A DNA stretch of 63,622 nucleotides, filler included, from Hyphochytrium catenoides (lineage: Eukaryota > Protista > Hyphochytriomycota), in the NCBI GenBank assembly GCA_900088475.1. It is 6 parts of 6 records of this genome, joined end to end, with 100 filler letters (N's around TTAATTAATTAA, not from the genome) between each part and the next. Parts side by side here need not be neighbours in the genome. Positions count along the whole stretch, not along the records: positions 32,070 to 62,505 come from FLMG01001738.1; 5 more parts are not named here. One strand, given 5' to 3'. Position 1 is the stretch's first letter. Each line of letters starts with the position of its first letter. The position numbers and the translations under genes are program-made. The notes under the pieces are model-generated. The model was given only the letters and a program-made list of their open reading frames with translations. It was not told the DNA's origin and ran no database searches. Of the stretch, positions 36,401 through 49,100 are shown piece after piece.

Positions 36401-39400
36401 AGTGCTGCATCAGTTAGTTAGTCCCATCTCGTAAAGATTTTCGTGCCGGTTTAACTTGACCTGTCGTACCTTCTGCTTCCTTGCTGCCCAGCTCCTGCGG
36501 AATTAATCACCAAAACCTTTACGTTACTTGTCTAGGTATCTGCTCCCGATCCGGTGATATTATTGAGCCTTACCTTGTACCTCAGTGGTGAGCCTTCTGG
36601 TCGATTCGTGCGTTAAGGAAGCGGTCCATTGTTTCTCTCTTCCCTCTTCTCTTCTCATCTTTTCTGGCTACCCATTATAAGCATTCGTTCTTCCGCGTAG
36701 GTACGTCAACTGTGACGACATGGCGGCAAGAGCTGTGAAGGCAGTCCGGGAGGGTGAGCTGCAGTTGATTCCAGCGAACCACGAAGTGACTTGGTACCGT
36801 TGGCTAGAGAACATCCAGCCTTGGTGCATCTCTCGACAGCTATGGTAAAGTCCGTTCTTGTCATATCTTATCGCCATAGATAGCTACCGCTAATGCAAGC
36901 AACGACCTCCTTCAGCATGTCACTCACTTATGAAGTCATTCACGTATAGCTCATCCCCTTTGCAGCGATCTTTGTCAGAACCCGTCTAGGCTGACTTTCT
37001 TCCTTGCACCGCTCACGATAGGTGGGGCCACAGAATCCCAGCATACTATGTCACTATTAAGGGCCGCACACCGCTTGCCAGGGAGAGTGATGAGGGCTGG
37101 ATCGCAGGCCGAGATGAGGCGGAGGCCAGAAAGAGAGCAGCTGAAAAGTTTGGCGTCGCGCCTTCCGACATCACCTTGGAGCAGGACGAAGACGTTTTGG
37201 ATACCTGGTTCAGCTCTGGGCTGTTCCCTTTCTCTACCATGGGATGGCCTAACGTCTCAGCTGAAGGTATCACACTTGCCTCTTAACTCGTTCCTCTTAC
37301 CCTTAGAACTTTGCTATCTGAGGCACACTTTTGTTTGTCAGTCTGAGTGCCGTGTCTATATTATATGGATCTTTTGGCTGCTTTGAACCCTAGAAATGTC
37401 AGGCGGCTGTCTTCATAAGCCTGCTCTTTTTGCTTCAGTCTGATCGAAAATCTCATATACTCAGGCTCTGATGCTTTCTCACGCCTCCCTGATTCGCCTA
37501 TATATCCATTTAGACTTCGAGGCATTCTATCCAAATACCTTGTTGGAGACAGGACAAGATATCCTCTTCTTCTGGGTGGCTAGAATGGTGATGATGGGCC
37601 TACAACTCACGGATAAGCTGCCTTTCCGCCAGGTAGAAAGGAGTACGAGTGCCTGAGATTGGAAGCAGTCTATGTGATAGGAAACTGAAGTGAGTGGCTC
37701 CCTCCTTTTAGGTGTACCTGCACTCTATGGTTCGGGACAAGTATGGCCGCAAGATGAGCAAGAGTCTGGGCAATGTGGTTGATCCTCTAGAGGTGAGCTG
37801 TGACTCCCTTTCTCAGCTGTCACTTAACGAGTAACCATGTCCATCCTTCCTCACTGTCTCTCGTCAAATTCTGTCCAATCTGCCGGTTCGTTTGTGGCCC
37901 TCGACTCCCACTTCTGTGTTTTGTTACTGTGGCGCTGTGGTTCCTCATTCTCTCAAGCAGCTGATGGTCTGTCCATTTGCAAGGTTATCAATGGCTGCAC
38001 ACTAGAGACGCTCTTCAAAAAGCTGGAACAGGGCAACCTGCCCAAAAAGGAAGTTGAAAAAGCCAAGAAAGGGCAGCAAATGGATTTCCCGAACGGCATC
38101 CCTGAGTGCGGTGCGGACGGTTTCCGAATGGGACTCCTTGCTTATACCTCTCAAGGCCGGGACATCAACCTAGACATCCAGAGGGTTGTAGGCTATAGAA
38201 ACTTCTGCAATAAGTTATGGAACGCTACCCGCTTTGCAATGACTAACCTTGGTGAAGACTACCGCCCTGCCGCTGACTTAGCCCAGACGGTAAAGTTCCC
38301 TTATCCTTCCAGCGGATTTTGAGCTGCCTCTTTTTACGTCCTTCTAATGAAGTCTGTTAGGTATCTCGATCCGTCACCCTTCTTTTCCTCCTTTGATATA
38401 TTTTTTCTTGGCAGATAGTCTAAACTGACAATGCTCGATATCCTAGATTATCAGGAACCCTGATCTTCAGTTGAGAGACCGGTACATCTTGAGCCGCTTG
38501 CATAAGGCAGCTGCCAATGCCAATCAAGCCTTCAAGGAATATCAACTCGGGAACGTGGTGGAAATTCTTTACTCGTTCTGGCTCTATGAGCTGTGCGATG
38601 TCTACCTGGAGCTCATCAAGCCCGTTATTTACGAAGGTAAGGCAATCAATCAGTGACGTTAGGGATGACGAGGGGTGGGGCACAGATCCCTTTCCGACCT
38701 AGCAGTCGCTGCTACTTTCAAAGTGCTTTCATGATGTTTCCTTCGTGGGATCGCTCAGGGTTAGACACGACACACATTGACTTTGAGCCAAACAAGAACT
38801 AAGCATAACACCATCGATGAGAAGGGATAAGAATGAGATAAAGTCATGGTCCTTGCTCTGCTAAGAGGCATAACCTAACAGGGCGTTGTTTTTTTCCTGT
38901 AGCTGAAGGCGTAAGCTCAGATGAGAGTGCCAAAAGGAAACGTGCTGCCCAGGACACGCTGTATCTTTGTCTGGACTGGGGTCTGAAGCTCCTGCATCCT
39001 ATCATGCCTTTCGTTACGGAGGAGCTTTGGCAGCGCCTTCCTGGGGGTCACGATGAGCCTTCCATCATGATTTCATCGTATCCTATAGGAGTGAGTCCTC
39101 GCTTCTTCCCGTGATTTGAATCTTTGGTTTCTTCTGGCGCCACCTTCATTATGGCTTCATTCAACGGCACTATAGTAACCCTCTCTCACTGTCATCTGTA
39201 TTGGCTTTCCCTCTCTTTTACTCTCTCTGTGGCTTCCGCGAAGAACGAGGCATGGCTGGACGAGACCGTGGAGACACATATGGAGGTTATCAAGAGCGTA
39301 AGTGCACCAAGCTCCTTCTCCTCTCTTCTCGCTTACTTTGCTTTCATGGTGTGAGACTGCTGAGTTACCGTTTGACTATTCTTTACACTTTGTTACTCCT

Positions 39401-40139
39401 TCTAGTTCCACTAAGGGCTGCCTTATAGGTGATCAAAGGAACACGGTCTCTGCGTGCTGAGTATGACTTGAAGCCGTCAGCTAGACCTCAAGTCTATGTA
39501 AAGGTGGCCAACAAAGAAGCCTACGATATTGTAAGATTGTCATCCTATACGAGGCCTCAGCCATATACATATATCTACCCTCTGTCCCTGTTTGCCTCTA
39601 ATATCCTTTCCGATTCTGTGGCCAATTGCCGTCATTTACAGGTTTCTAGACAAGCACAAGATATTTGCACTCTAACTAAGTGCGACAAAGCCACTCCTCT
39701 CTTTGAGGAACAACCTCCTGCGGGCTGTGCCATCCATATTATCAACGATGTGTACCAGGTGCAGATCATGCTGAAGGTAAGAGCTTCATTAAGCAAAGAC
39801 TGTCTTGTGTTGAAGCTCTCGACAGTAGGATGACGATATGACTACTCTTAGGGGCTTGTGGACTTTGAATCTGAGATTGCCAAGCTGGAGAAGAAGCTAG
39901 CAAAGCTTTCACCTTCTCTGGACGTTCTAGAGAAGAAGATGCAAGCTGAAGACTATGCAACGAAGGTTCCTGAAGATGTCCAGTCCAAGGACACGGAGAA
40001 GGTGCGAGTCTGCTGGAGTTTGTCTGTGGTCGAGAAAGGATTTCCCTTATTTCTTCTGCTTGTACAGCTGAGTGCGTTGAAGGCGGAACGGAAGCATGCT
40101 GAAGCTGCGATCAAGAACTTCAAGAGCTTAATGTCCTAA
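33477..40139 (+). CDS. VARS: Cytosolic valyl-tRNA synthetase, multi-exon
   Basis: PPPNVTG/SLHCGH (HIGH-like), [84 protein letters not shown] (37751-37765), [38 protein letters not shown]-terminal coiled coil. Confidence 0.97.
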
Positions 40140-40525
40140 GAGGCCAAAGCTGCACCAATTACTAGGACCCAAGATACTGGTGACTGCAGTAAGCGTGTTA
40201 CTCGTGCGCCGTACACGCTCTGTTGCCCCTACTGCCAAGCTAGATTTCCTGCGCTCTTCATCTGTTGAGTGCTGCCGGGGTAATGCCACTAAAAGCATGC
40301 TTATCACCCATTTATCAGCATAATCACACTGCACTTGCGTATCTACATCAGTGCGATCTACTCAGATAGACAAACTCCTTGTACAGAGTGGAGGTTAGGT
40401 CTGCTTGCACCGCTATAGGTTGGAGGTCTGCATTATCTTTGACTTGACCCGTCGGATGGGCATCAAGGAGAAGACGAAGCGATGGCCTCATTATTTTAGT
40501 GAACCATTGCAGGTCACTGTCGTTC

Positions 40526-41240
40526 CTAGTCCACCTGTCCTCTCCGAACAGTACTTCTTGTTGGACTTTTGCTGTTGACTGGTGGAGGCGGCATGCTGAA
40601 CACCACAGATCGTCTACATGCTGCACACCATGCCTCATCAGCATTCAGCTTATAAGCAGGTTCGACCACCGTTTGGGCCATCCCTTTTCCGGCGTGACAT
40701 CTTGACTCCAGTAGGACAGTCTCAAGGACATGAGCATGATTCTGAGATGACGTCTACGAGTGGCAGACGAGAGCTCCGTCGCGGCAACTTCGGATTATTG
40801 CGCATGGAACAGGTACCAGCACTGTTTTGAAGGCGCTCTTGAGGAGATGGCTAGCAGGAAAGAGACCCTAAGAATAGGAATGGCAGTTTCTACCTCAAGA
40901 CTGGCTCGATACCATCTTCAGGAAACAGCTTAGCGAGTCCTATAAAGTCACCTAAACAAACTTAAAAGCGTGAAAGAGGCTGTCTCAGCTGCATCTCTCG
41001 TAAGGGCCAGGGCTTGGCTCACTTGTGGCGCGGATCCATGGACTGCATCCGAAGCCCAGAGGCCACCATCTTCGGAACACTAAGTCAAGGAAGGAACGGC
41101 AACCCTGAATAATAAAGTGAACACGAGGGGGTTCAAAGTGCTGCAGCTACCGTTGTGAACAGCGCTGAATCTCCTGCCAGAGACTAGCCAATGAAGGGCA
41201 TCCGGTTCAAAGATGATATGTGACAGCTCCAGCTTGCAGG
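40526..41240 (-). CDS. Hypothetical multi-exon protein (boundaries uncertain)
   Basis: Short exon-like segments with GT/AG borders (e.g. DFIGLAKLFPEDGIEPVLR; ...EAWCAACRRSVVFSM...VD*); no recognisable family. Confidence 0.3.
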
Positions 41241-42666
41241 ACCACTAAGTTCTTTACAAGGCTAAACAAGCCCATCTCTTCCTTCGTCAGCGATAGAGAC
41301 TACTCATCTTCAACTCCAAGATATATCTGAACTCTGCTAAGGCATACTAGGTAGAAATACGGGCCGACCCTGATGAAGCTCGGGACGATGGCTGTTTTCT
41401 CTCTCCTTGCACCAAGGCTGCCACTCCGGCTACCTCAGCGCTCTTGAAGAACTGGCTCAGCCCAAGGAAGGAAGGAACAATAGAGAGCTACTGAAGCTCG
41501 TGGATCGACCCAAAAGATAGGGAAGAGCTGCAGGATGGCTGCTGATGGCGCTGCTTGGCCCAGGGGCCAGGGCGGGGCGGCTCGGGGGAAGAGAAAGTAG
41601 GGAAGGAAGGAGGAAGGAGGAGGAGGAGACAAGCGGAGATCATCCAAAGGAGGGAGAAAGAAGCCAGATCTTTTCCTGTTCCCCTGTCCAGTCTCCAGCA
41701 AATGTAACGCCCTCTTTCTTATTAGGAACCCTCCCAGTTAGATACCTTTGTTTAGGAATAAATAATGTCATCATTATGAATCTTTTTAGTCATCCGCTCG
41801 GCTGTCGAAAAGAGCCAGAAAGCCAGGTAATGGCAACACCTAAAATAGCAGTGAAACGTTTCTTGAAGCTTTCTTTCATTTATGTCAATCTAGGTTAATA
41901 TCTGGCTCCGTTGTGAAGGATTGCAGAATCTATAGGTTGAAAGCTTCAGGGCAATAGGTGTATCTTCGTGTCCTTTGGCTTGGGGGTGATAGTGCAGTGG
42001 AGTGGAGTGAGTGCCAGAGACCGCGCGGCAGGCTGCTGAAGCAGGCAGCAGACCAGGAGAGGGAAGGAAGGAATCTGGTTGAAGCTCTTGACCTCTTGCA
42101 CTTGGCGCTCCTTTCCTCTTCGCTGCTGTCCGTTGCTTATCGCTTTCTTCTTCCTTCTCTCACGCTGGCTCTTGAGCCTTTCTCTTGCTCTCCTATCTCG
42201 CCACACACCATCGTTCAGGTCTACTTTGTCCTTCTTCGGTCCAATGCTCCTCCCAAGTTCTGAGCCTCACCTGACCGTGTCCTGCTCCTCCTTCTTTCTC
42301 TCTTCTTCCCTTTTGTTGACCACCTTCTTTGGCCCCCTTTGAATCGTCTTTGTTCTTCATTGGCTGTATCACTGCAATGAAGGGAGAGCTGGGGACGTTA
42401 GGTCCCTTCCTGCCTGGAACAGAAGATCCAGGACGCCGGAGAGTGGGCGGCGGGGGGAGAAGCGTAGTTCTTTCCCAAGGACATACACCAATTGGACGCC
42501 TAGGACACAAGTCCTCCCCCACCGCGGCCACACCCCTCAGACAGCAGAGACAAGCCCACGTCGTCTCGCTGCAGCTTGCATCTAATTTCTTATACGCTTT
42601 TCAAGGCGCTGTAATCTAGCTCTACAGATCAACTCTCCTTCAGTCCCATCCTATAGAAGTATAACA

Positions 42667-43232
42667 ATGCAACATCACTCGGACAACCTCTGGACCCTGT
42701 GTGACACCCTGATGGTCTCTGTGGCTAAGAACAGCTTTTCCAATTGCCGCCATTGTCATAAAAGGTACGGCTACCCGTCGCGTGCCCCTTTGCCAATCGC
42801 CGAGAGCTAACATAACATATCCCTTTTCTTCTTCTCGCTCCTGCTTTATCTCTCTTTGTCTCCGGGTACCCTGCCTTTCCTCATCACCTCCTTCTTCTTT
42901 GACTAATTATCCTCGCTACCTGGACACCTCTTCCCCTCATCAGCATCAAACAGACAGAGCTTCGTGTGGGCAAAATTTATCAACACACAGATAGCTTTGT
43001 AGCCATTGAGTGGTTCCACCTCCTGTGCGTTGGCCAGCCTCCCCTTGGCATCGACTATGTGGATATCATCCAGCCCAAAGACTTTGCGCCGCGCCACGTT
43101 AAGGCTCTGCAGCTTTGGCTATCGTCCCCTACGCTGCAGGATCCTGAGCCTTTGTTTGACGGAGTACCTCCTGCTGCCCTAATGAAAGATTGGACCGATG
43201 ACATGGAGCTGAAAGGGACCCGTGTGGCATAA
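42667..43232 (+). CDS. Small protein with a PARP-type zinc finger (zf-PARP); may have further upstream exons
   Basis: Splicing at ...CATAAAAG/gtacgg (~42765) to ...catcag/CATC (~42944) gives VSVAKNSFSNCRHCHKSIKQTELRVGKIYQHTDSFVAIEWFHLLC, matching AKSxRxxCxxC...IxKxELRxG...WxHxxC. Confidence 0.75.
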
Positions 43233-43628
43233 GTGGCTTCGGAAAAGATGACTCCTTCCACATCAAGTTCTCTTAATGTCTGCTATACAGTCTTATGCTC
43301 AACACTGTCTACCTGCAACGTCGGCAGTGGCAGAGCATTCCTCTATTTATACATCCAGTCGCTTCATACCTCAACCTCCTACAACCAGGCTTGTCCTGTT
43401 AGGTTGTTGATGCGACTTTTATTTACAGGTTCCCTTTTGACAAATAGATGTGTTTCTAAATTAACGACAGACATAGTGTTCTCTTCCAATTCAAAGCTTC
43501 CACTTGCGTCCATAGCCTTGTCATTGGCCTCGGAGCGACAACGCGGAGCGTCTCCTCCTAGACTGCTTAAGACTTGTAGCTTCTCATTCTCCCTCTCCAT
43601 CGGTATCATCCCTTGGAAAGACATCTTC

Positions 43629-46103
43629 TTATGCCATCTCAGGGCCATTAGTGCACTCCACCAATTGCTGAAGCTCCAATTTGTCAGCAGTACTCAAAAA
43701 CGGAGAAAGCTTATGTATCTCGCGGGCCAGAGCTCGCTCCTTACCGTCATCTGCCACTCCTCCCCGCTTCTTTTTCTTCTTCTTCTTTGGGTTCTTCGCC
43801 CGCCAAACTGCCCAACAGATGAAGAGTGCTGTGGCTATTCCTCCGACGGTGAGGAGGATCTTGTTCACTGTGGCTAGGTCGTAAAAGTTCTTCAGAGCAA
43901 GTTTCAAGAGAAGGAGGCCAGAGACAAGCCAGATCACAAAGAAAATTGTAGCCGCTGCCCAGCTTCTCTCCAGGTTATCAGCGTCCTTCGCTTTCTCCCT
44001 GGCATCCACCATCACCTCTGGAGGTATGAGGTGCAGTGCAAGCCAAAGAAGACAAGGCAAAATTACTAAGTCATCTAGGTAGCCAAGCACAGGGATGAAG
44101 TCGGGTATAAGGTCGATGGGACTGAGGGCATAGGCGATGGCGACAACTGCAAGAATCTTGGGGCAGAGCCTGGTCCTGGGGTCCTGGGTAGCAAAGTATA
44201 TGGCGGCCACCTCTCTCTTCAGCCCCTTGGCCTGCCTTTTGAGGTAAGCTTTTAACTCCAGGAGAGAGTCTAGGACGAGTTGGCCAGCGCTTTTGGGCCC
44301 TTCTTCTTCTTCCCGTTCCACCTTGCTTTGTCCTCTCTTCACCCCTTGATCAATGCCAATCTCTGTGTATTCTGCCGCAAGCTCTCCCACCAGCGCTGCT
44401 CTTCCAGCATTCATTCCATAATTATGCTTAGCGTCTAGCACCCCTAGAACTAAGGTGGAAAAGGAGCACAGTACCGCAAGACCCAGAAGAGATAACATCC
44501 CTGTCTCATAACTTCCCGTCAGATCCCGTAGATAGCCAATCGTCACATGTCCCAGTACCCCACCCACAGCGCTAAAGACAGTCATTATGCCGTAAGCCAG
44601 CCCATAAAGCGAGCTTGAGACGCTGTAAGGAACCAGGGTCATCACAATCGTTGAGACAAACGTCGAGCTAAGTGAGAGAAGTAACATACTGCTCACAGGA
44701 GAGAGAGAAGAGAAGGTGAGCAAGGTGTAGGCCCCAATGGTGAGCATACCAGCTAGAAAGAGCACATGCAGCCGATGTCCGTACTTATCAATCGCTAGAC
44801 CAACCAGGGGAGCAAATAGAACAAGGACATGGCTCAAACTTGCGATGATAGCTGCTTTGTCAAGCTTGTACCCGTACTTCTCCACAAAAAAGTTTGACCC
44901 AACTGTGTAGAAAAGCCGGAAGACGTTTTCATAACCTAAATGTACCATGACAAGAAGCCAGAAGGCAGCTCCAAGAGAGAGAAAGTTGCTTTTCCCTTCT
45001 ACCTCCCCACATTCCTCATCCTCATCCGCTTCCTCGTGGACGGGGCTTCTCCTATCCCTGTCGACTAGTCGTGGTTCTGTCTCTACTGACAACGATGAAC
45101 CAGAATCACGAAGCCACTGCTCTGCAGCTTTGTCACCCAAGGCAGCAGCGGCAGTGGCCCTCGCAGTCTCTCTCCTCTCTCTTCTCCGCATGGCCAGAAA
45201 GAGCCATCCCGAGACGAGTGATAACCCACAGATGACAGCTGCGTACCATCCTGCGGCCTCATAGCCTCCATAGTGCAGGGCCACGGGAGCCATCGTAGTC
45301 TTGCTGATAATCTTACTGAAGTTTGAGAATGCCATACAGACGCCTACCGCAAATGTGAGCTCCCTACCCGTAAACATGAGCCCCACCATCGCGTGCTGCG
45401 ACGTCACCACTCCTGCCTGTCCAGTCCCAAAGAGAGTCGCTGCTACTAGAGAGAAAGGGAAAGACTTCATTGAGAACGACATGGCCATAAGGACCTGACC
45501 AGCCAATGCTACCAGCAAGAAGAGCGCAACAAATCTCTCCCCTTTATTATCCAACAGGTGGCCAGCCCAGAAAGGGACAATCATGTTTGGCACCGTCATT
45601 GCACTCATGATCATGCCGTACCGAGTATTATCTATAGCAAACTCATCATCCGCCAAGAGCAAGCTTGCAATAACGGACATTCCATTCTTCACAAAGTGGT
45701 CGCCCAGAGCGAAAAGTGCGATGAGCACCAGAAGAAAAAATCTGAAGGAAGTTGCTCGAGGATGCCAGAACTTCCACCAAGGAGCTGGCTCAAGGCGTAG
45801 AAGAAGGAGCCCTGCAACCGTGTCTGCTCCTCGGATTAACTCCTTTTCTTCTGCCTCTGTTGAAGTAGGTAAAAGTGATAGAGCCTCTAGAGACTCATTG
45901 CCTATAGTGGTGACACCCTGAAGCTTTGTCATCGTAGAGTAGAGTTTGTGCTCGTTGATGTCAAAAAGGACGGAGCTGCCGTGTGGTTTGTCGGCGCTCG
46001 TCGCTTTTGAAGGACCCTGCACTCTGACTTTTGAGCTTCTTGCCAAAACAAGAAGACCGCGTAGGCTGCCATCTCTCCCCCGTTCGTCTTCGTCTGGGAA
46101 CAA
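43629..46103 (-). CDS. Major facilitator superfamily transporter (MFSD1-like) fused to a C-terminal DUF1232/YkvA domain; true start probably further upstream
   Basis: 824-aa uninterrupted ORF: ~12 hydrophobic segments with MFS motif-A variants (GHLLDNKGER; GLAIDKYGHR), GYLRDLTGSY, then KREVAAIYFATQDPRT...AYALSPIDLIPDFIPVLGYLDDLVILP (DUF1232 signature) plus two more TM helices and a poly-Lys tail. Confidence 0.88.
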   Translation of the reverse strand: MFPDEDERGRDGSLRGLLVLARSSKVRVQGPSKATSADKPHGSSVLFDINEHKLYSTMTKLQGVTTIGNESLEALSLLPTSTEAEEKELIRGADTVAGLLLLRLEPAPWWKFWHPRATSFRFFLLVLIALFALGDHFVKNGMSVIASLLLADDEFAIDNTRYGMIMSAMTVPNMIVPFWAGHLLDNKGERFVALFLLVALAGQVLMAMSFSMKSFPFSLVAATLFGTGQAGVVTSQHAMVGLMFTGRELTFAVGVCMAFSNFSKIISKTTMAPVALHYGGYEAAGWYAAVICGLSLVSGWLFLAMRRRERRETARATAAAALGDKAAEQWLRDSGSSLSVETEPRLVDRDRRSPVHEEADEDEECGEVEGKSNFLSLGAAFWLLVMVHLGYENVFRLFYTVGSNFFVEKYGYKLDKAAIIASLSHVLVLFAPLVGLAIDKYGHRLHVLFLAGMLTIGAYTLLTFSSLSPVSSMLLLSLSSTFVSTIVMTLVPYSVSSSLYGLAYGIMTVFSAVGGVLGHVTIGYLRDLTGSYETGMLSLLGLAVLCSFSTLVLGVLDAKHNYGMNAGRAALVGELAAEYTEIGIDQGVKRGQSKVEREEEEGPKSAGQLVLDSLLELKAYLKRQAKGLKREVAAIYFATQDPRTRLCPKILAVVAIAYALSPIDLIPDFIPVLGYLDDLVILPCLLWLALHLIPPEVMVDAREKAKDADNLERSWAAATIFFVIWLVSGLLLLKLALKNFYDLATVNKILLTVGGIATALFICWAVWRAKNPKKKKKKKRGGVADDGKERALAREIHKLSPFLSTADKLELQQLVECTNGPEMA

Positions 46104-49100
46104 GACCCCTTGCTCTTCTTCGTATACGATGGTTGCTTTCTGGTGCCCTCTGCAGCGGCCTTTGTAACTTATGGTGCTTCCCTGTTCCCCCTTCTCCTTC
46201 TATGAAACTCTTACACGGAGATCTTGTTTCGAAGAGCCATCTCATAATAAAGGGCTGAGGTAATCCCCCTCGTCTTACGTCCCGCTCCTCAAGGCGACTC
46301 CTTGTCACATGTTTCTCCCCACCATGTGCTTTAGAAGTGCTGCAACCTAGTAGTTTAGTCATCGTACAAGGTCATGTCCATCGGCTACCTTCTTGCCTTG
46401 ATAGTCGCCTTCAGACACTCGTCCTGCACCACCAGGACTACTGGGAGAAGGGGAGCCGGTCTCCTCCTCCTCGTCTGCTGCTCATCAACATCACATCCTC
46501 CTCATCAGCAGCAGGTGTAGCACCAACGCCAGCAGGAGAAATGAAGCAGCAGCAGCAGGCAAAGCATGAGCAGGAGCAGCAGCAATTGAAGAGGGAGAAG
46601 ATCCTTTGCCAGCAGTTCCAGAGCTTGCTCCTTATCTTCATGAGCGTCATCATCATCATCACAACCTGCACCAGAACCATCATCCGACACTCAGTTCCTA
46701 TGTTATTATGTTAGCCGCCCCGCTAGCGGCGAATATTGAGGTCACTGGACTGACGGTTGACTGAGATAGTAGAGTCCATCGGAGAAACAGGCGGCGTAGG
46801 ACTTGGTGATAGTGGTCACTCTGCCTCCTTTTGCTATCTCTTTCACTGCCAGCTTATAACAATAGCAAAGCATTGGCTACGCTCTGTCTCGCTATGTGTT
46901 GATCCCAGCTGTCCCCCAGGTGCTACCATTTGTGGTAACGGTTGATCGGCTGGAGGGCTGACCGATGTAGTTCTATAAAGGGAAAGTGCCGTCAGTGCAT
47001 CGTCAAAGCGACGAGAAGTGCGATCGACATCAGCACCACTACCAGCAAGCAGCAGCTGTGGCACAGGCTCTAGCCTAATTAAGCAGTTCACTCAGCAGCA
47101 CCAGGACCTTGAATGATAGTTGAGCGGCAGTCTGGACGTCAGAGCATTTCTCCGTTTGATCATTCCATCCTTCCTCTCCTCTGATGTCTTCGTGGGTCGT
47201 AGACTAGCTTCTCCTCTGGTGTCAAACAGACGAGGTATTAAAGTACGTCAGTAAGGGGGAGAAAGGCAGAGCATCTCTTCGTATGGCACTACCGCTCGCT
47301 GCTAAACGACGGCCGCGCTGTAGTATCAGATGACGACGGGGGAGAGGATAGTATATATAATCATCATGTGAAAGTACAAATTATGTAGGAGTCGGACTTT
47401 CTTGTTTCGATGCTGCATTCTTGGAGGCAATTTGGGTGAGGAAAAGCACGTTCCTATGGTGAGAACCCTTACTTTACCGCTAGACCGGAGCAGTACCCAT
47501 GGGTTATTACTGTTCTTGATGCTCCCAGCGCGGCGACCCTCTTTGTCGACGAGCCCAATAGGAGCTTTTCTTTTGTGTCACAACCCTGTCTAGATGGAGT
47601 GAGAAGCAAGATAATAAATTGCAAAATCTTAGCCGCGCATTCGATGGAGCTTATTGCTTTATAAAATCGAAGCAGATAAGTGACGTCTAGTAGCTTCTTT
47701 CTCGTACGACTGGCACACACTACTGTGCTCTTCTTCTCTCTGCTAATCCCTGTCATAGATACGTCCAATGATAAGCAACAATAGCTCTATATCTACACAT
47801 CAATAATAAACTTGTCGCCAGCAGTGCCATACCACGCCTACTGATCCTCAAATCGGGGGTCAATGGTGTTAGGTGGAGCTTCATGTTATATATTTTTCGT
47901 AGGACAGGTGCTTGCTGAGGGTTCGTAGGTCAGACAGTAGGATACATGCAGATAGACATGCTCCTCGGAAGGTTAGGATGGGTCGTTCGCCAGATCTCCT
48001 AGTACTGTTATGTTGAGAGCCTTCAAGGCTCAATAGGGTTGCTCTACCTCTCAATAACTCGTCTTCCTGAGAGGCGGAGAATGGATATTGACCGTGAGAA
48101 GAGAGAACAGCTGACAGTGAGGAGTGACCAAGCCCTGTTACATGCTGCCATCATAATAACTCGAAAGCAAGGGGCAAGAACCCGCTCATTTCCTTATACA
48201 TAGAGACTCTCCTGCGGCATACAATCACCAAGCTTCAGGATACTACGAAGAAGATCAACCACTTTAGCTCGGACCTACTAATGCTAGAAGTGGAAGAATC
48301 ATTTATAGACGATCCATATACCTCATTAAGCGAGTTTTGAATAGTAGAGAGCTTGTGGGGCAGCCCCTGACCGCGGGCAGTGGATCTCTTAGCTGATGGA
48401 CATCAGTAAGCCGCAGACTTTGCGCATTCTGAACTAGATAACATCTCCGGCGGAGAGGACGAGTGGCTCTTTTGTTAGCCTAGGAGGAAGGCAATAGGTA
48501 TTCGCCTGATGAAAGGGCTGCGGTGTAAGCGTTAGGTCCTAGATGACCTCTACTCCCTCCCTCCTGATTTGGCAAGAACCTACTTGGCAGCTATCCCCAA
48601 TTGGCAGTCTTCTTTCGTCTCGGGTATCGAACGATTTAATTCAGCATACGTAGAGTGTCTTATCCATCTTAAATGCCGAACCGTGGGCTCTCCTCCTCAG
48701 TCAGGCCCAGCGATTGCATCCTTCGCTGCGCACAGCAGCGGTAATCGTAAAGAGGATTCCTCATCAGTCGGCCCTAATTTGGTCTTTATGCCGATCACTA
48801 GTATGGAAACGTGCCCCTTGCTAGGCGTCCCGCCCCACCCCGCCTTATGTCCATGTCTTATCCCACACCTGTCCTCAAAGAAGTCATTGGGTATCAGGCG
48901 CCTGCTTTCCTTTCGACACAACGAACATAAAGTCCACTGCGCAAGAAGGTGAACCGCTTAATGAGCCATGAGTGCTCCTCCTCCTCCTCCTCCTCCTCAG
49001 TCATCATGCTGCTCGCAACTTGGCCTCAACCCTAGCTCCTCCTTTTCACAGCAGTAGGTGCCCTGTCCTTCCTCAACGGAGCTGCGTGCGTTGCTTTCCC

